Origin: Bacilli bacterium | GTDB lineage: Bacteria; Bacillota_I; Bacilli_A; RFN20; CAG-826 | Direction: 5' to 3' | DNA: 64,000 nt | NCBI GenBank assembly: GCA_035647455.1 | Contig: DASRNI010000028.1 | Location: 9,154-73,153 of the forward strand | Shown: positions 60,690-64,000 of the stretch, one piece after another | Layout: the number at the start of each line of letters is the position of its first letter | How positions within the stretch are numbered: position 1 is the first letter of the stretch | Translations under genes and position numbers: made by a program | The notes under the pieces: model-generated | Database searches by the model: none | The model's input: the letters and a program-made list of their open reading frames with translations, nothing else | Told to the model about the DNA's origin: nothing

Positions 60690-61694
60690 ATGAGTCATTT
60701 ATTAGCAGGGAAAACACTTTTAATCACCGGTGGAACAGGATCTTTTGGTCACGCTCTTGTTCGGAATATAATTAATTCACCAATTAAAGAAATTCGTATT
60801 TTATCACGAGACGAACTTAAGCAAGATGTGATGCGGAAAGAATTCAATAACGACAAACTCAAGTTTTATATTGGCGATGTCCGGGACATTGATTCAATTC
60901 GCTATGCATTCCGTGGTGTTGATTACGTCTTTAGTGCTGCCGCCCTTAAACAAGTACCAAGCTGTGAGTTTTATCCAATGGAAGCGGTAAAAACAAACAT
61001 AATTGGCAATGATAACGTTATTACGGCGTGCATAGAAAATAAAGTTAAGAAAGCAATTTTCCTTTCAACTGACAAAGCAGCTTATCCAATTAACGCTATG
61101 GGTATTTCCAAAGCTTTAATGGAAAAAAACACGATTGCCCGTTCCCGCCAACTATTAGAAGGCGATACCGTACTCTGTTTAACTCGTTACGGTAATGTTA
61201 TGGGTAGTCGCGGAAGTGTCATTCCGTTATTTATTAATCAAATTGAAAATAATAAACCAATTACAATTACGAATCCAAACATGACACGGTTTATGATGAG
61301 TCTTGATGATGCGGTTGATTTAGTGCTCTTTGCTTTTGAACACGGAAAACAAGGTGATTTGTTTGTCCATAAAGCACCGGCGGCAACGATTGACGTTTTA
61401 GCCGATGCAATTCTCGAATTAAAAGAGAGCAAGCAACCGAAAGTATATATTGGAACAAGACACGGCGAAAAACTTTACGAAGTGCTTGTTACTAGTGAAG
61501 AGATGGTTAAGGCCGAAGACTTAGGCGGTTACTACCGTGTACCATCTGATAATCGTGATTTAAATTATGAAAAATATTTCACAAAAGGTGAAAAGGCCTT
61601 TGAAGAAGCAGCTCAATACGATTCGCATTCCACTAAAAACTTAACCGTCGCCGAAATGAAAGAAATTTTATTAAAGCTTCCTGAGTTTAAATAG
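60690..61694 (+). CDS. capE: UDP-GlcNAc 4,6-dehydratase/5-epimerase (CapE/FnlA/WbjB family)
   Basis: ...GKTLLITGGTGSFGHALV...IKEIRILSRDELKQ...KLKFYIGDVRD closely parallels the Cap5E N-terminus. 334 aa. Confidence 0.85.
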   Translation: MSHLLAGKTLLITGGTGSFGHALVRNIINSPIKEIRILSRDELKQDVMRKEFNNDKLKFYIGDVRDIDSIRYAFRGVDYVFSAAALKQVPSCEFYPMEAVKTNIIGNDNVITACIENKVKKAIFLSTDKAAYPINAMGISKALMEKNTIARSRQLLEGDTVLCLTRYGNVMGSRGSVIPLFINQIENNKPITITNPNMTRFMMSLDDAVDLVLFAFEHGKQGDLFVHKAPAATIDVLADAILELKESKQPKVYIGTRHGEKLYEVLVTSEEMVKAEDLGGYYRVPSDNRDLNYEKYFTKGEKAFEEAAQYDSHSTKNLTVAEMKEILLKLPEFK

Positions 61695-61747
61695 CAGACA
61701 ATCAATAATACATTATTGATAACACATAAAAAACACTCGATTTTCTA

Positions 61748-61774
61748 TACAATAAGCAATTGTTATTGTATAAT
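61748..61774. promoter_or_regulatory. 8-7-8 inverted repeat TACAATAAgcaattgTTATTGTA overlapping the -10 TATAAT (61769-61774) upstream of the 2H-phosphoesterase gene
   Basis: Read directly. A related 7-4-7 repeat TCAATAATacatTATTGA lies at 61702-61719. Confidence 0.4.
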
Positions 61775-61805
61775 TAAGGCATCCACATGAAGGAGGAATT
61801 CATAG

Positions 61806-62342
61806 ATGGCAAAATTAAAGGATTACTTCGTTATCTTAGTTTTAGATGATGAAACCTCATTAAAAGTTAGAACCCTAAAATTAAGTGACAAAGACTTTAA
61901 AGTTCCATATCGTAACTTTTACCCCCATATTAACGTTGGCCGATTTTTCAATGCCGAAAAAGATGAAGTTGTACGAGCAATGAAGAAAGTTTCACGTTCA
62001 ATGAACGCCTTTGACTTAACAATTGCGCGAGTTGAACTACTTGCCGAATATTTAATGGTATTAACATTTTCACAATGTGAAGAGTTGAAGAAACTTCATA
62101 ATCGACTGCACGAGTTTGTCCCATATGAAAGTGATGAATGGACAAGTCCGACAAGCGGAAAGTACGTTCCACATATTTCGATTTATTATAACCCTGGCGA
62201 AAATGTTCGTGAAATGTTCGAACATTATCAAAACAAATTTGAACCATTTGTTGGTCGTATCGTTGCGATTGAATTAAGTGAATATGATGGCAAGAGCTTC
62301 AAAGTTTCCAATCGCTTCCCGTTAAAGAAAAGACTTTTTTAA
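61806..62342 (+). CDS. 2H phosphoesterase superfamily protein (LigT/YjcG-like), first H-x-T/S motif variant
   Basis: 178 aa. Two motifs YPHINVG and VPHISIY, spaced as in LigT/YjcG (PHLTL...PHVTV). RBS GAAGGAGG. Confidence 0.5.
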   Translation: MAKLKDYFVILVLDDETSLKVRTLKLSDKDFKVPYRNFYPHINVGRFFNAEKDEVVRAMKKVSRSMNAFDLTIARVELLAEYLMVLTFSQCEELKKLHNRLHEFVPYESDEWTSPTSGKYVPHISIYYNPGENVREMFEHYQNKFEPFVGRIVAIELSEYDGKSFKVSNRFPLKKRLF

Positions 62343-62683
62343 TGAAAAAAGAAACAAAAGAAAAAATATTAGTGTTTCGCGATGACCGTGATTGGCGCAA
62401 GTTTCATAACGGAAAAGATTTAGCGCTTTCACTTGCTTTAGAAGCTAGCGAACTCTTAGAAATTTATCAATGGTCCGGTGACGACTTAAACGTTAGCCAT
62501 AAGTTGGAGTTAATTAAAGAAGAACTCGCGGATATTATTATGTATACAATTTTAATTGCTGATCGTTATAATCTCGATGTCGATGAAATTGTGTTACAAA
62601 AGCTCAAAGCAAATGACGCAAAATATCCGGTTGAGAAAGCAAAAGGAACATACCGCAAATATACGGAATTAGATGATGATTAA
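62342..62683 (+). CDS. MazG-like nucleotide pyrophosphohydrolase (YpjD-type, single domain)
   Basis: 113 aa. ...RDWRKFHNGKDLALSLALEASELLEIYQW...ELADIIMY is the EExxE/D MazG motif. TAATG overlap with the 2H gene. Confidence 0.7.
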   Translation: MKKETKEKILVFRDDRDWRKFHNGKDLALSLALEASELLEIYQWSGDDLNVSHKLELIKEELADIIMYTILIADRYNLDVDEIVLQKLKANDAKYPVEKAKGTYRKYTELDDD

Positions 62684-62879
62684 ACGATTATTTTACAAGG
62701 TTTTTTCAATTATTTTATTAATTGGTGGCTTAACATTTATTGTGCTTGGCCTAATTGAACTCTTTAGGGTTGATAGCCATAATAGTACATTATATAGTCT
62801 TATTGCCGCGCCTTTGATGTTTCTTGGTGTATTTCTTTTCACGCTAGGGTTTGGAAAAGAGAAAGATGCGAAGAAGTAG
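62673..62879 (+). CDS. Small 2-TM membrane protein, hypothetical
   Basis: 68 aa, hydrophobic. Overlaps both neighbours in a tightly packed operon. Confidence 0.35.
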   Translation: MMIKRLFYKVFSIILLIGGLTFIVLGLIELFRVDSHNSTLYSLIAAPLMFLGVFLFTLGFGKEKDAKK

Positions 62880-63744
62880 AAAAACGGGCGATATTCGCCG
62901 CTTTATCGTGCAAAACAACGGTCTTTTGCTCGAAACACTGCTTGTTGAAGTTCAAGGCTATTCACGTAATAACATTAAAAGTTTTTTAACGCGTAGACAA
63001 GTACTTGTTAATGATGTTCCGGTGCGACAATTCGATTATAAACTGCTTAAAGGTGATGAAATTAGAATTACGCGCGAAAGTAATCGACTTTCTGATCGCC
63101 CGCGACTGCCAATTATTTATGAAGATGATTTAATAATTGTTGTAAATAAACCAAGCGGACTATTAACAATTGCCAGTGAAAAAGAAAGAAAACAAACAGC
63201 ATATCGTTATATAACAGAATATGTGCGCTTTAAAAATAAACATGCGCGCATTTTTATCGTTCATCGTCTTGACCAAGATACATCAGGCGTTTTAATGTTT
63301 GCGAAAACAAAGGCCGCACAGCAAGCACTACAAAAAGAATGGAATAAGATTGTGACTAAACGCGGCTATCATGCCGTTGTGGAAGGTATACTAAGTGAAA
63401 AAAGTGGTATCGTCCGTTCGTATCTTTATAAATCAAAAACAAATGAGATGTATAGCGGTCATAGAACTAAGCATGGTAAATATGCGGAGACACATTATAA
63501 AGTAGTGAAAGAAGGGAGAAACAACTCCCTAGTCGATGTTAATATAAAAACTGGTCGCAAAAATCAGATTCGTGTTCATTTAAAAGATTTAGGTCATCCA
63601 ATTGTTGGCGATGATAAGTATGGTAACAAAAGCCAGGCTAAAAGACTTTTTCTCCATGCCTACGAACTTAAGCTGATTAGTCCTTTTACAAATAAAGAAG
63701 TTATGTTTACTGTAAAAACCCCACAAAATTTCTTTGATATTTAA
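62866..63744 (+). CDS. RluA-family 23S rRNA pseudouridine synthase with N-terminal S4 domain
   Basis: Catalytic motif HRLDQDTSGVLMFAKT. S4-like ...RNNIKSFLTRRQVLVNDVPV. The ATG at 62866 follows an A/G-rich RBS; the track start at 62851 is TTG. Confidence 0.85.
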   Translation: MRRSRKTGDIRRFIVQNNGLLLETLLVEVQGYSRNNIKSFLTRRQVLVNDVPVRQFDYKLLKGDEIRITRESNRLSDRPRLPIIYEDDLIIVVNKPSGLLTIASEKERKQTAYRYITEYVRFKNKHARIFIVHRLDQDTSGVLMFAKTKAAQQALQKEWNKIVTKRGYHAVVEGILSEKSGIVRSYLYKSKTNEMYSGHRTKHGKYAETHYKVVKEGRNNSLVDVNIKTGRKNQIRVHLKDLGHPIVGDDKYGNKSQAKRLFLHAYELKLISPFTNKEVMFTVKTPQNFFDI

Positions 63745-63849
63745 TAATTTAAAATTAAAATTTGTAATAAATTACAAAAAAAGCGCATTTTCCTTCTTTG
63801 AAACACAAAAGAAGTTAATGAGTATGGTAAAATTACAGCAGGTTAAAAT

Positions 63850-64000
63850 ATGAAACTATTTCGTTATCTAAAAGAAGTTTTCATTGCTAGTTTGCCCTTA
63901 TTGGCAATCATGATTGTTGTTATAGGCATTGCCTTTCCTTTGCAAGACCCGATGCAAAACGTACAAATTATTATCGGTTATGTCGGTGTTGTCATCGGTC
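63850..64000 (+). CDS. Partial ORF, 5' end only (probable membrane protein), cut by the window edge
   Basis: MKLFRYLKEVFIASLPLLAIMIVVIGIAFPL... is hydrophobic. Weak RBS. Confidence 0.25.
   Translation, partial: MKLFRYLKEVFIASLPLLAIMIVVIGIAFPLQDPMQNVQIIIGYVGVVIG

Noticed and set aside
1-64000. Search for mobile elements, prophage, CRISPR-Cas, rRNA or tRNA genes.
   Set aside because: No transposase, integrase, recombinase or Cas-like ORFs. No direct-repeat arrays. No intergenic space with rRNA-like or tRNA-like GC-rich structure. Intergenic regions are short, and terminators or promoters explain them.

Overview
This 64-kb window is an origin-proximal chromosomal segment of a low-GC Gram-positive bacterium (Bacillota), read with the standard genetic code. 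The GC content looks like roughly 36-38% by eye. The window opens inside dnaA and carries the classic dnaA-dnaN-yaaA-recF-gyrB-gyrA block, with no remB/yaaB between recF and gyrB. Downstream of gyrA lie a GT4-like glycosyltransferase, a T-box-regulated serS and tadA. The following run of genes holds a fused MacB-type ABC transporter and a long operon encoding a P-type ATPase, psuG, a TetR regulator, an Fe-alcohol dehydrogenase and an M50-like membrane protein. After mscL and degV comes a zur-znuCBA-like zinc uptake locus, then tldD/pmbA, rpmE(L31)-metG-rlmD-like. A PAS-EAL phosphodiesterase precedes a complete Enterococcus hirae-type V-type (ntp) ATPase operon of nine genes, and a membrane GGDEF cyclase converges on its far end. 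The second half is accessory-like. A Big_2/VanZ membrane protein sits divergent from a lipoprotein whose C-terminal domain reads as a barnase/RNase-Sa-type secreted ribonuclease. It is followed by an MhqE/MhqD-like dioxygenase-esterase pair and a GNAT-metallophosphoesterase-micropeptide operon. Lipoprotein, NUDIX, NCS2 permease, FMN reductase and bPH genes come next, and CapF, CapG and CapE (the UDP-L-FucNAc pathway) are split around gdhA, an unusual HprK/PEPCK-like P-loop protein and a class-V aminotransferase. The window ends with a 2H-phosphoesterase-MazG-like-RluA cluster. I saw no rRNA, tRNA, CRISPR array, transposase or integrase. Several rho-independent terminators, a DnaA box and candidate operator palindromes are reported. 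All calls rest on motif reading from the translations; no searches were run.
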